Assembly: GCA_963745835.1 (NCBI GenBank) | Contig: CAVUZH010000008.1 | Coordinates: 142,040-206,039, forward strand | Length of the DNA stretch: 64,000 nt | Direction: 5' to 3' | Origin: an uncultured delta proteobacterium | Lineage (GTDB): Bacteria > Desulfobacterota > Binatia > UBA9968 | Part shown: in pieces, positions 18,274 to 29,324 of the stretch | Numbering within the stretch: position 1 is the first letter of the stretch | How the letters are laid out: the number at the start of each line of letters is the position of its first letter | Translations under genes and position numbers: made by a program | The notes under the pieces: generated by a model | Told to the model about the DNA's origin: nothing | The model's input: the letters and a program-made list of their open reading frames with translations, nothing else | The model's database searches: none

Positions 18274-19446
18274 TTGCCCATTTTGATTAAAAAAGCCAAG
18301 CGGATTAACGATTTACCGCCTTATCTGTTTGCCGAAATCGACCGGCGAAAACGTGAGGCGCTAGCCCGGGGTGTCGACCTAATCGACTTAGGCATCGGAG
18401 ATCCAGACATCCCCACTCCGGCGGCGGTTGTCGAGAAGCTGATTGAAAGGGCCACTGTCCCGGTAAACCATCGTTATCCGAACAGTTCAGGTCTATCTGA
18501 GTTTCGTCAAGCAGTGGCGAATTGGTATCAGCGGCGCTTCGGTGTAAAACTCGATGCCGCGAAAGAGGTCGTATCACTGATCGGCTCCAAAGAAGGGATC
18601 GGAAACATGGCTGTGGCCTACGTCGATCCCGGCGACATTGTCCTGGTGGCCAGTCCCTGTTACCCGGTCTACCATATTGGTACGGCGTTTAGCGCCGGCC
18701 GAAACTACTTTTTACCGCTAAAAAAAGAGAACCAGTTTCTACCCGATTTGGATTCCATCCCCGGTGACATCGCCAAACAGGCCAAACTCCTTTGGATCAA
18801 CTATCCCAACAATCCGACTGCGGCGGTCGCCGACCGGGATTTCTATAAAAGAGTTATCGATTTCGCCACCAAGAACAACGTCATCGTCTGCCACGATGCT
18901 GCGTACACGGAAATGGGTTTCGACGGATATCGGCCGATGAGTTTTCTCGAAGTCGACGGGGCCAAAGAGGTCGGTATTGAATTCCACTCATTGTCAAAGA
19001 CATTCAATATGACCGGGTGGCGCATCGGTATGGCGGTCGGTAACCCGGATATCGTCAGCGGGTTGGCACAAGCGAAGTCCAACCTCGATTCAGGTATTTT
19101 CCAGGCGATCCAAGAAGCCGGTATCGAGGCGTTAAAACTGGGCGACAGCATCATCGAGCCCTCCAGAAAAATTTACCAAGAGCGACGCGACATACTCGTT
19201 TCTGGACTGCGCGCGGTAGGATTGGACTGCGAAAAACCTCGCGCCACCTTCTACGTCTGGGTGGCTACTCCGAAGGGTCTGTCTTCCGCTGAATTTACGG
19301 CTAAGCTACTGGACGAAGCGGGCGTTGTAACCACTCCCGGAAACGGCTTTGGCGATGCTGGTGAGGGCTATGTCCGCTTTACGGTATGTGTCGATCAGCA
19401 ACGTTTGAGGGAGGTCGCGGAAAGAATCCGGCAGGTTAATCTTTAG
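18274..19446 (+). CDS. dapL: LL-diaminopimelate aminotransferase
   Basis: LPPYLFAEID, DLGIGDPD, GSKEGI, NYPNNPT, IEFHSLSKTFNMTGWR; probable TTG start after GGAGG. Confidence 0.85.
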   Translation: MPILIKKAKRINDLPPYLFAEIDRRKREALARGVDLIDLGIGDPDIPTPAAVVEKLIERATVPVNHRYPNSSGLSEFRQAVANWYQRRFGVKLDAAKEVVSLIGSKEGIGNMAVAYVDPGDIVLVASPCYPVYHIGTAFSAGRNYFLPLKKENQFLPDLDSIPGDIAKQAKLLWINYPNNPTAAVADRDFYKRVIDFATKNNVIVCHDAAYTEMGFDGYRPMSFLEVDGAKEVGIEFHSLSKTFNMTGWRIGMAVGNPDIVSGLAQAKSNLDSGIFQAIQEAGIEALKLGDSIIEPSRKIYQERRDILVSGLRAVGLDCEKPRATFYVWVATPKGLSSAEFTAKLLDEAGVVTTPGNGFGDAGEGYVRFTVCVDQQRLREVAERIRQVNL

Positions 19447-19467
19447 GATTGTTCCACCAAGGGCATC

Positions 19468-19971
19468 ATGGCAACTGCGGTCGCACATCAGGTCTACATC
19501 GGGATCGGTTCCAACCTCGGCAAGAAGAAAGACAACTTTCTCGAGGCGCTAGACCGGTTAGCGAAGCTTCCCGATACGAAAATCCTGAAGGAATCTTCTC
19601 TTTATGAAAGCGAGCCCTTGGGAGATTCAACGGATTGGTATGTTAACGGCGCCATCGAAATAGAAACTAAATTCAAACCCGAGATGCTACTCAACAAATT
19701 CAAAAACATTGAACGGGCCATGGGACGGAAGAAGGTCAAGAAACGCTGGGGCGCTCGCATCATCGATTTGGATATCTTGCTCTACGATGCATTGGTGATG
19801 AAGAAAAAAAACTTGCACATACCCCACCCCGAGATGCCGAACCGAAAATTTGTTTTGATACCGCTCAGTGAAATCGCCCCTCAAGTAATTCACCCGGAGC
19901 TCGGGGTGACGATCTCAGAGCTACTTGTCAATGTCAAAGACGACAAAAAAATCCATCTCTTTCACCCTTGA
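19468..19971 (+). CDS. folK: 6-hydroxymethyl-7,8-dihydropterin pyrophosphokinase
   Basis: YIGIGSNLG, RWGARIIDLDILLY, IPHP, FVLIPL. Confidence 0.95.
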   Translation: MATAVAHQVYIGIGSNLGKKKDNFLEALDRLAKLPDTKILKESSLYESEPLGDSTDWYVNGAIEIETKFKPEMLLNKFKNIERAMGRKKVKKRWGARIIDLDILLYDALVMKKKNLHIPHPEMPNRKFVLIPLSEIAPQVIHPELGVTISELLVNVKDDKKIHLFHP

Positions 19972-20240
19972 GAGTGGAACCGGGCACTGTTAGACAAACC
20001 AAAGTGTTACTTCGCTTGCTTCTATTTGTCGTCGTCGCGTGGATTGTAATTACCGCCATGCGAGCCTATTTGGTCGCCCGCAAGAGCTCTACGCGCCACC
20101 CAAATTTGGCCGAATCCAAGGGAGAAGAGATGGTGTTGGATCCGCAATGCCAGAGTTATGTTCCGAAGAGCGAGGCGTTATCACGAAAAGGAAATTACTA
20201 TTGTAGTGAGAAATGCGCTGCATTGCATCTAACTGGCTAG
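19968..20240 (+). CDS. Small membrane-anchored protein with TRASH/YHS-like Cys motif
   Basis: N-terminal TM helix; MVLDPQCQSYVP...YYCSEKC. Confidence 0.7.
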   Translation: MRVEPGTVRQTKVLLRLLLFVVVAWIVITAMRAYLVARKSSTRHPNLAESKGEEMVLDPQCQSYVPKSEALSRKGNYYCSEKCAALHLTG

Positions 20241-21650
20241 CCCCGATAAAATTTTGTCCTGCACCCCGTCAAACGCACCGTTTGACATCACCAGTATGAT
20301 ATCGCCCGCGCTGGCATGGGCCGCCACATGAGCGGCAATGTTATCGGCGCCGTTGATTACGATCCCCTGCTCGTGCCCGGCGGATTGATTGATCGATTCG
20401 ACGACACGCTCCACCGATAATCGTTCTGCTTCGGGAATCTTCTCGGGCTGATGAAGGCCGGAAACGACAACCCGGTCCGCCAGGGACAATGACAGTGCGA
20501 ACTCGCGCTCGAAAATATTGCGTCGGCTGGTGTTACTCCGCGGTTCGAAAACCGCCCACACTCGTCGCCCGGTGAAGGCGTCCTTCACGGCTTTGATGGT
20601 TTCCGCAACGGCGGTCGGGTGATGCGCAAAGTCGTCTATGACTAAAACGCCGCGGTTCTCGCCTTTAAACTCCTGCCGCCGTTTGACGCCTGAAAAAGAG
20701 GCGAAGCCCTCGAGCAGTTTACTCCGGTCCATGCCTAATTCTCGGGCCAAAACATAGACGCCCAAGGCATTCTTCACGTTATGCCGGCCGATGGCGCCAA
20801 GCTCCACCTTACCCTCACTAACTTTTCTAAAGCAGGGATCAAAGTAACTCCGACGCCCTTCGGTTCGGACAGTGCGCACCGTCCAATCACAATTTTCGTC
20901 ATCGCCATACGATACGACCCGGCAAGAACCGGCGTTCACGACTTCTCGCGCTGCAGGATAATCGTAGCAGGCAACTAGCATTCCGCTGACGGGGATGAGC
21001 CGAGCCAGAGCTCGAAAAGCCTCCTTCAGGTGATCCAAATCGCGATAGATGTCTGCGTGATCAAATTCTACGCTGGTAAGAATAACGCTTTGCGGGCGGT
21101 AGTGGAGAAACTTCGGGCCTTTATCAAAGAAGGCACTATCGTACTCGTCGCCCTCCAAAACCACGTGATCGCTCTCACCTGGATCCCAGCCGCTGCCAAA
21201 ATTAAGCGGCACGCCGCCGACAAAAAACCCCGGGTTAAGGCCGGCGCGTTTCAGCACCCAAGCCGCCAAAGCCGTCGTGGTCGTTTTGCCGTGTGTGCCA
21301 GTGACAACGATAGACTGGCGCGCGCCGATCAAGAATTTTCCGAGAGCTTGCGGGAATGAAAGATAGGGGATCTTGCCATCCAGAACAGCTTCTGCTTCAG
21401 GATTGCCCCGCGAAACAGCGTTGCCGATAATCACCAAGTCAGGCCGATCGGCAAGATGTTGCGCGTTAAATCCAATTTGTACATCGATTCCGGCTTGCGC
21501 CAGATAGGTGCTCATCGGCGGGTAGACATTCTGATCCGAGCCGGTGACACGATATCCCTGATCCTTAAGAAGACCCGCCAATGACGCCATCCCGACTCCG
21601 CATATGGCGATCAAATGTATGTGACTTCCTGTGGCTGGTAGTTCGTTCAT
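20229..21650 (-). CDS. mpl: Murein peptide ligase
   Basis: HIHLIAICGVGM, VYPPMST, GTHGKTTTT, EGDEYDSAFFDK, DDFAHHPTA, FEPRSNT. Confidence 0.93.
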   Translation of the reverse strand: MNELPATGSHIHLIAICGVGMASLAGLLKDQGYRVTGSDQNVYPPMSTYLAQAGIDVQIGFNAQHLADRPDLVIIGNAVSRGNPEAEAVLDGKIPYLSFPQALGKFLIGARQSIVVTGTHGKTTTTALAAWVLKRAGLNPGFFVGGVPLNFGSGWDPGESDHVVLEGDEYDSAFFDKGPKFLHYRPQSVILTSVEFDHADIYRDLDHLKEAFRALARLIPVSGMLVACYDYPAAREVVNAGSCRVVSYGDDENCDWTVRTVRTEGRRSYFDPCFRKVSEGKVELGAIGRHNVKNALGVYVLARELGMDRSKLLEGFASFSGVKRRQEFKGENRGVLVIDDFAHHPTAVAETIKAVKDAFTGRRVWAVFEPRSNTSRRNIFEREFALSLSLADRVVVSGLHQPEKIPEAERLSVERVVESINQSAGHEQGIVINGADNIAAHVAAHASAGDIILVMSNGAFDGVQDKILSGLAS

Positions 21651-22782
21651 GGATTGATTGCCTGCATAATCAGATCGTGAATCTTCGGTCGAAACTGTTT
21701 AATTTTTTCATTGTTTCGATTCGGGTGAACGCGATTGGTCAATAGAATCACATGACAATTCTTCTCCAAGTCCCACCATAGGGAGGTGCCGGTGAATCCA
21801 AGGTGCCCGACGGACCTGCGCGAGAAGTGCATTCCGCTGGAGGAGTTTTCCGGCGAAGGAGTGTCCCAACCCAATGCGTGCGTGAAATGAGGTACGGAAT
21901 CATCCTTGGTAAAGAACTCTTGAACCAACCGCTGCGGCAGGAATGAATCGCAACCGCGCAGGCAGCGATCCAACTGAGCCACAAGTGTATGAATGTCGTG
22001 CGCGGAGGAGAACAAACCGGCATGCCCGGCAACCCCGCCCATTGCAAAAGCGTTATCATCGTGCACTTCGCCACAGAGAACTTTCTTCCGCCAAGGGCAA
22101 AGTTCTGTCGGCGCGAAGCTCATCCTCTTTAGGTTGGATTCGCGCATGTTGCAAATTGCGTCAAGTCGAGAAAAGTCGTCGAACGTAATTGAAACGGCTG
22201 GGAAATCCGCTCATGAAAGAAGGCGTCCAACTGCGAACCACTGATCGTTTCGATTATTTCGCCTAGGACCATGAATCCAAGGTCGCTGTAAACGGCTTGC
22301 GTCCCCGGCTCACTTGCTGAGGGTTCGCGGTGGACTTGTTCCAGAATGTAGTTTTTAGCCGCGCGGCTTCCGATAAATCCGGTTCTTCCACTCATTGCGC
22401 AGTGGATCACGTCCTCATAATAGGGTTTCCAGGCAGGCAGGCCGGATGTATGATTTAGCAAGTGGCGTATTTTTGTTCGGGTGTTTACGACCGGACGAAA
22501 GGTCGGCACAAATTGAGTTACCTGATCGTCAAGTTGGACTTTATTGTCATTGACCAGGAGCATGATTGCGAGCGTCGTCGCCAAAGGCTTGGTTAAGGAT
22601 GCGAGGTCAAAAATCGTCGACGAGCGCATAGGAGTCCTATCGGGAAGCAAACTGCGCCATCCAAAAGCTCGTTCATAAATTAGATCTTCTCCACGACCGA
22701 TTAGCAGTACGGCGCCGGGAAATACGCCCTGCTTGACTGCTTCCTCAGTCGCGTTCTCAACGGCATGGAAATCGATGGTCAT
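21647..22782 (-). CDS. Serine hydrolase, beta-lactamase family (AmiE-like), frameshifted near 22120-22160
   Basis: FDLASLTK (SxxK), HLLNHTSGL, YSDLGF in ORF 22129-22782; GEVHDDNA, GHAGLFS, GHLGFTG, LLTNRVHP in ORF 21647-22147. Confidence 0.85.
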
Positions 22783-22839
22783 TAGAAAATCAACTTTGGT
22801 TTGCGAGCCGGCGGGGTCTAGAGAAATGCTTTTCTAATC

Positions 22840-23751
22840 TTAACCCACTGGCGATTCGACCAACGAAAGAGATCGGCGGTTTCCGTCGAGTATCATTTTG
22901 ACGCCGAACGGCAGGGTAATGTGCTCGCTTCCGTGTCCGGCCGGCATGCCCGTTAACACCGGATAAGGAGCCTGCGCAAACATCTCAGCAATGATTTGCA
23001 CGACGCTCCTGGGCCCTTCGGCTTCACAGTTGGTGAAGTCGCCGAAAACCAACCCAGCGAGGCGATCGAGTTTTCCAGCCATCTTCAAATGCGTCAGCAT
23101 TCGCTCTATTCGATAAGGCCGTTCACCAATGTCTTCTAAAAACAGCAGTTTGCCATCGGTTTGGATCTCGTAGGGCGTCCCGAGCGTTGTTACTAAAACA
23201 GATAAACAGCCCCCCATCATCTCACCCTCGGCTTTTCCGGTGCGTATGACCTCGCCTAACTCGATTTGCCATTCCGATTTGGCGCCGGTCAATAAGCACC
23301 AGAAACTCTTTTGAGTACGGTCGCTAAGTCCGCGCGCTAACTCCATCGCAACCATCGGTGCGTGAAATGTTACCATGCCAAACCGGCTATTGATCCAGTT
23401 CAGCAGAAACGTAATATCGCTATACCCGGCAAAAATCTTCGGAGCAGGACGAAAATTTGACTGGATCAAATAGGGCAAAAGTTGTGCTGAACCAAATCCG
23501 CCACGAGCGCAGAAGATGGCGCTTATATCGCTTCGTTGAAAAAAATTGATTAGGTCATCGGCCCGGTTTCGTTCGTCTCCGGCAAGATAACCCTTGCTGT
23601 CGAGGATCCGAGAGGACAATTCGACTTCATAGCCCCGGTCTCGAATCGCCTGTACTCCCCTAAGCAGAGCATCTTGGTCAACACAGCCGGCCGGTGCCAT
23701 AACGCCGATGCGGTGCCCTGGCCGTAACCTGGCTGGTTTTCTAAGCGTCAC
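22840..23751 (-). CDS. ldcA: LD-carboxypeptidase (peptidase S66)
   Basis: RGGFG, GYSDIT, FLEDIGE, GHG catalytic motifs. Confidence 0.9.
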   Translation of the reverse strand: MTLRKPARLRPGHRIGVMAPAGCVDQDALLRGVQAIRDRGYEVELSSRILDSKGYLAGDERNRADDLINFFQRSDISAIFCARGGFGSAQLLPYLIQSNFRPAPKIFAGYSDITFLLNWINSRFGMVTFHAPMVAMELARGLSDRTQKSFWCLLTGAKSEWQIELGEVIRTGKAEGEMMGGCLSVLVTTLGTPYEIQTDGKLLFLEDIGERPYRIERMLTHLKMAGKLDRLAGLVFGDFTNCEAEGPRSVVQIIAEMFAQAPYPVLTGMPAGHGSEHITLPFGVKMILDGNRRSLSLVESPVG

Positions 23752-23755
23752 TTAC

Positions 23756-24048
23756 TTGTTCACAACCTCTCGCATACTCTTCAAAGCCGTGCGCTTTTTG
23801 CCTGTGGATAACTACGCATCGTTTGCTAGAACTGCCGGCGGGAAAGCCCATGAGCATCGAACATAGTGACAAAAAACCCTTAGATTCACAAGCTATTTTT
23901 TCCACCTTCGGCGGTAAGCGGGGTTATCAGATGCGGCCATTCGTTCGGGTTGACATCCGCGGCTAACGCGGATAGAAATCAACTGGTTCACTGCTTCTGC
24001 CCGGTCTTCAAACTAGCTGTTCGCAATTTATCAACAGCCTTTTCCACA
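23756..24048. promoter_or_regulatory. Cluster of DnaA-box-like 9-mers in the divergent ldcA/DUF507 intergenic region
   Basis: TGTGGATAA 23803-23811 (perfect, minus strand), TTTTCCACA 24040-24048, TTATCAACA 24028-24036, TTGTTCACA 23756-23764, TTTTCCACC 23898-23906. Confidence 0.55.
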
Positions 24049-24051
24049 GCC

Positions 24052-24327
24052 ATGAAAATCAAGCCGGAACAGCTCGATAAGCTCGCCAAACTGCTTCTTG
24101 AAACCTATAGGTCTAAGGAATTAGTAAAGCCTAAGTGCGAAGACACAACAATCCTGGCCAAGATCAAGGGTGTGATCAGCCAAAACTTTGCCGAAGAGGA
24201 GGCTATAGAAGATGAGGCGCGCAAGATGCTCGCGGCACATGCTCAGGCAACTCGGGAAATGGACCACTTTAAAATGTTTCTGATTGCCAAACAGAAGCTG
24301 GCAGCCAAGAAGGGCTTTATTCTATGA
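24052..24327 (+). CDS. DUF507 family protein (first of two)
   Basis: EEEAIEDEARKML...MFLIAKQKLAAKKGFIL; start ATG 24052. Confidence 0.8.
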   Translation: MKIKPEQLDKLAKLLLETYRSKELVKPKCEDTTILAKIKGVISQNFAEEEAIEDEARKMLAAHAQATREMDHFKMFLIAKQKLAAKKGFIL

Positions 24328-24602
24328 GCCGACTCTCCGAAAGCCGAATCTCACATCTGAGCCATCTGGTCGTTAGCGGAATCAAACGCGACGACCTAGC
24401 CGAGCTCCCGAACGAGGGCCGGGTGCTTTCCGAAACCAAACGCGTCTTACACGAGTTTTTTGAACGGGAAGATCAGTTCGACGAGTTAGTTCGGCAAAAA
24501 ATCCAATCTCTATCCCGGCATATCCCACCTGGAAGCCGAGAATGGGACGTGTTGTATCGCAAGTATCTTGAGGAAGAGATGAGGCGTCAGAAAGACAAAT
24601 GA
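24324..24602 (+). CDS. DUF507 family protein (second of two)
   Basis: RLSESRISHLSH, VRQKIQSLSRHIPPGSREWDVLYRKYLEEE; ATGA overlap with the upstream gene. Confidence 0.85.
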   Translation: MSRLSESRISHLSHLVVSGIKRDDLAELPNEGRVLSETKRVLHEFFEREDQFDELVRQKIQSLSRHIPPGSREWDVLYRKYLEEEMRRQKDK

Positions 24603-24773
24603 CGCCGCTTTCTTCTCGTTGAAAACATCCAAATTTTCGCCGGATTCTCTTGACACGGTGGGATTAATGCTTAGATTGATCCCGCTTGGTGGTCCACTTG
24701 CTTCTGACGCAGAGCTGGACGGCGTTAGTCAGAAAATAATTAACATTTAGTCTAACACGAAAGGAGGCAAAAG

Positions 24774-25064
24774 GTGAAAATTAGGCCTTTGCAGGATCGC
24801 ATCATTTTGAAACGGATCGCGGAGGAGGAGAAGAGTAAGGGTGGCATCATCATCCCGGATACCGCCAAGGAAAAGCCGCAAGAAGGGCAGATTGTCGCGG
24901 TAGGTAAGGGAAAGGTAAACGACGACGGGAAAATCACCCCTCTCGATGTCAAAGTCAATGATCGCGTGCTTTTTGGAAAATATTCCGGCAGCGAAATAAA
25001 TATCGACGGCGAAGAACATTTGATCATGCGCGAAGACGACGTTCTCGGCGTAATCGAAAAGTAG
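24774..25064 (+). CDS. groES: Co-chaperonin GroES
   Basis: [28 protein letters not shown]. Confidence 0.98.
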   Translation: MKIRPLQDRIILKRIAEEEKSKGGIIIPDTAKEKPQEGQIVAVGKGKVNDDGKITPLDVKVNDRVLFGKYSGSEINIDGEEHLIMREDDVLGVIEK

Positions 25065-26750
<1,686 letters not shown>

Positions 26751-26772
26751 GTAGAAAAGCTGTTAACGATCC

Positions 26773-26816
26773 AGGCCCGTTACGCCGCAGCCATGGCGTA
26801 ACGGGCCTTTCTTTTT
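26773..26816 (+). terminator. Rho-independent terminator of groESL
   Basis: 14-bp stem AGGCCCGTTACGCC/GGCGTAACGGGCCT followed by TTCTTTTT. Confidence 0.9.
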
Positions 26817-26901
26817 ACTCCGCTTGACAAGTCGATCGCTTAGTACTAGGGTTTAGTGTTAATTTCTCCTTTTAATATCATAGCTTAGGGTAATTTCCGC
26901 G

Positions 26902-28243
26902 ATGTTCGAGTCATTGACCGAAAAATTAGAACTCACATTCAAAAGGCTCCGTGGCGAAGGAAAAATCAGCGAGAAAAACATCGATGACGCGCTCCGCGAG
27001 GTCCGCTTGGCGCTCTTGGAGGCCGATGTTCATGTAAAAGTGGTTAAGACTTTTCTCGATTCGGTCAAGGCGAAGTCACTGGGCCAAGAGGTTCTTCAAA
27101 GTTTAACTCCCGAGCAACAGTTCCTAAAAATCGTCCGTGATGAGCTAACCGACCTCCTGGGTGGCGAGCATCGTAAACTCGACCTCAAAGCGGCGCCTCC
27201 AGTTGTAATCATGCTCGTCGGCCTGCAAGGTTCCGGTAAGACCACGACGCTAGCCAAGCTGGCCAGGCATTTAAAAAGAGATCAGAAGAGAACTCCCTAT
27301 CTGGTTCCAGCCGACGTATATCGCCCTGCCGCAATCGAACAGCTTAAGATTCTCGGCGCTGAAGTCGAGCTGCCAGTATATGAGTCGAATCCTCAGACCT
27401 CGCCGGTTGCCATCTGTAAACAAGCCCTCGATGAAGCGAAAAAGCGCTTCTGTGACTTGCTGCTCATTGATACGGCCGGCCGCCTACATATTGACGAAGA
27501 GCTCATGCAGGAGCTCAAACTGATCAAAAGCGCCGTTAACCCGCATCAGATTTTGTTCGTAGCCGATGCGATGACGGGTCAAGATGCAGTTAATCAAGCC
27601 ATGGGCTTTGATCAGCAGCTTGGAATCAGCGGCGTTATCCTGACAAAACTTGACGGCGACGCGCGTGGCGGCGCCGCGTTATCGATTCGTCAGATGGTCG
27701 GTAAACCTATTCTGTTCGCCGGAATGGGCGAGAAACTCGATGCGCTCGAACCATTCTACCCCGACCGGCTTGCGTCAAGAATTCTCGGCATGGGCGACGT
27801 TCTCTCGCTTGATCGACAAAGTTCAGCAAAATTTCGAGCAGAAGGAGGCGGAGCGCCTCCAGAAAGTCATTCAGAAGCAACAGTTCACGCTCGAAGAGTT
27901 TCAGATTCAATTGCAGCAGATAAAAAAGATGGGATCCATGGGCAGCTTGCTTGAGTTAATACCAGGCGGCAAGAAGCTAGCGTCGCAAGTGGATGCCGAC
28001 AAAGCCGAGAAGGAATTGAAGCGGGTTGAGGCTATCATCAATTCGATGACTCTTCAGGAGCGGCGCAGTCCGGCAATTTTAAACGGCAGCCGACGGCGCA
28101 GAATCGCCCAAGGCAGCGGCACCAGCGTGGCCGATGTGAATCGCTTGATGAAGCAGTTTTTGGAAATGAAAAAAATGATGCAGCGGGTGAGCAAGGGCGG
28201 AATGAAATCGCTCTTTAGCCGAATGGCCAACCCGTTTCACTAG
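26902..28243 (+). CDS. ffh: Signal recognition particle protein Ffh, split by one frameshift near 27810
   Basis: [45 protein letters not shown]; M domain ([20 protein letters not shown]) in the other frame. Confidence 0.95.
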
Positions 28244-28259
28244 AGGAGAAGGAAGACGT

Positions 28260-28505
28260 ATGAGTGTGAGAATTCGCTTGAGCAGGCATGGCGCGAAGAA
28301 GAAACCTTTTTACCGGATCGTTGTCAGCGACCAACGTTTTGCCCGTGACGGAAGATACATTGAGCAGATCGGCACCTATGATCCAACCGCGGGCGGAGGA
28401 ACATTTAAGATCAATCAGGAAAAAGCCGAGACTTGGATCAAGCGCGGCGCGCAACCGACGCGGACCGTTTCCCAATTGATCGCGAAACAAAAGAAAGCCA
28501 GCTAG
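28260..28505 (+). CDS. rpsP: 30S ribosomal protein S16
   Basis: [32 protein letters not shown]. Confidence 0.97.
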   Translation: MSVRIRLSRHGAKKKPFYRIVVSDQRFARDGRYIEQIGTYDPTAGGGTFKINQEKAETWIKRGAQPTRTVSQLIAKQKKAS

Positions 28506-28527
28506 GATTCGGCAAGTAGCGTCAACT

Positions 28528-28764
28528 ATGAAGGAACTCGTTCAATACTTGGCCAGATCCCTGGTGAGTAATCCGGAGGCCGTCGAAGTAACAGAGAGCG
28601 CAGTAGAGGACGCGGCTGTTTATGAGTTAAGGGTTGCCAAAGACGATTTGGGCCGAATCATCGGCAAGCAGGGCCGGACTGCAAAATCGATACGCACGCT
28701 CCTCAATGCAGCAGCTTCAAAGACCAACCGTAAAGTCGTTCTGGAAATCGTAGAAGAAAAGTAG
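28528..28764 (+). CDS. khpA: KH-domain RNA-binding protein KhpA (YlqC)
   Basis: DLGRIIGKQGRTAKSIRTLL; located between rpsP and rimM. Confidence 0.92.
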   Translation: MKELVQYLARSLVSNPEAVEVTESAVEDAAVYELRVAKDDLGRIIGKQGRTAKSIRTLLNAAASKTNRKVVLEIVEEK

Positions 28765-28785
28765 ACAGTCTGTTAGGTTAACGGA

Positions 28786-29298
28786 GTGCCTGACGGAATC
28801 GTCGCATTAGGGGAAATCGCTACGACCCACGGAATTGGCGGGTGGCTTAAGCTAAATCCTTATAATCTCGAGAGCCCTCTTCTTTCTGCCCTAAGCGAAG
28901 TCATCCTAGTAAAGGACGGAGCTCGCACAGCGGTTGAGGTGGAATTGGTCCGACCGCACAGGCGACAAATTTTGCTGAAACTGCGCGGGATCGATGATAT
29001 TGAAAGCGCCCGCCCTTGGGTACGATCGACCCTCGCTGTGCCCGAAGAATCATTGGCGGCTCCGGCGCCTGGCGAATACTACCATTATCAAGTGATTGGC
29101 CTCGAGGTCTTCGACACCAGCGGCGCACGGATTGGTATCCTAAAACAAATCTGGTCAACTCCCGGTAGCGAGTTATACGTGGTCGCCGGAGCTGATAAAG
29201 AACATCTCATTCCGGCGGTGAAAGAAATCATTTCCGAAGTAGATTTGGCAGCTGGCCGGATGATCGTCGATCCTCCTGCCGGTCTACTGGATCTCTAA
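28786..29298 (+). CDS. rimM: Ribosome maturation factor RimM
   Basis: GEIATTHGIGG, GEYYHYQVIGLEV, HLIPAV; operon position. Confidence 0.93.
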   Translation: MPDGIVALGEIATTHGIGGWLKLNPYNLESPLLSALSEVILVKDGARTAVEVELVRPHRRQILLKLRGIDDIESARPWVRSTLAVPEESLAAPAPGEYYHYQVIGLEVFDTSGARIGILKQIWSTPGSELYVVAGADKEHLIPAVKEIISEVDLAAGRMIVDPPAGLLDL

Positions 29299-29324
29299 GC
29301 AGACCCTCGTCTGCCCTCTTATTC

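Noticed and set aside
23756-24048. Calling the DnaA-box cluster oriC
   Set aside because: No dnaA/dnaN nearby, no obvious AT-rich unwinding element and no strand-bias switch; kept only as a regulatory candidate
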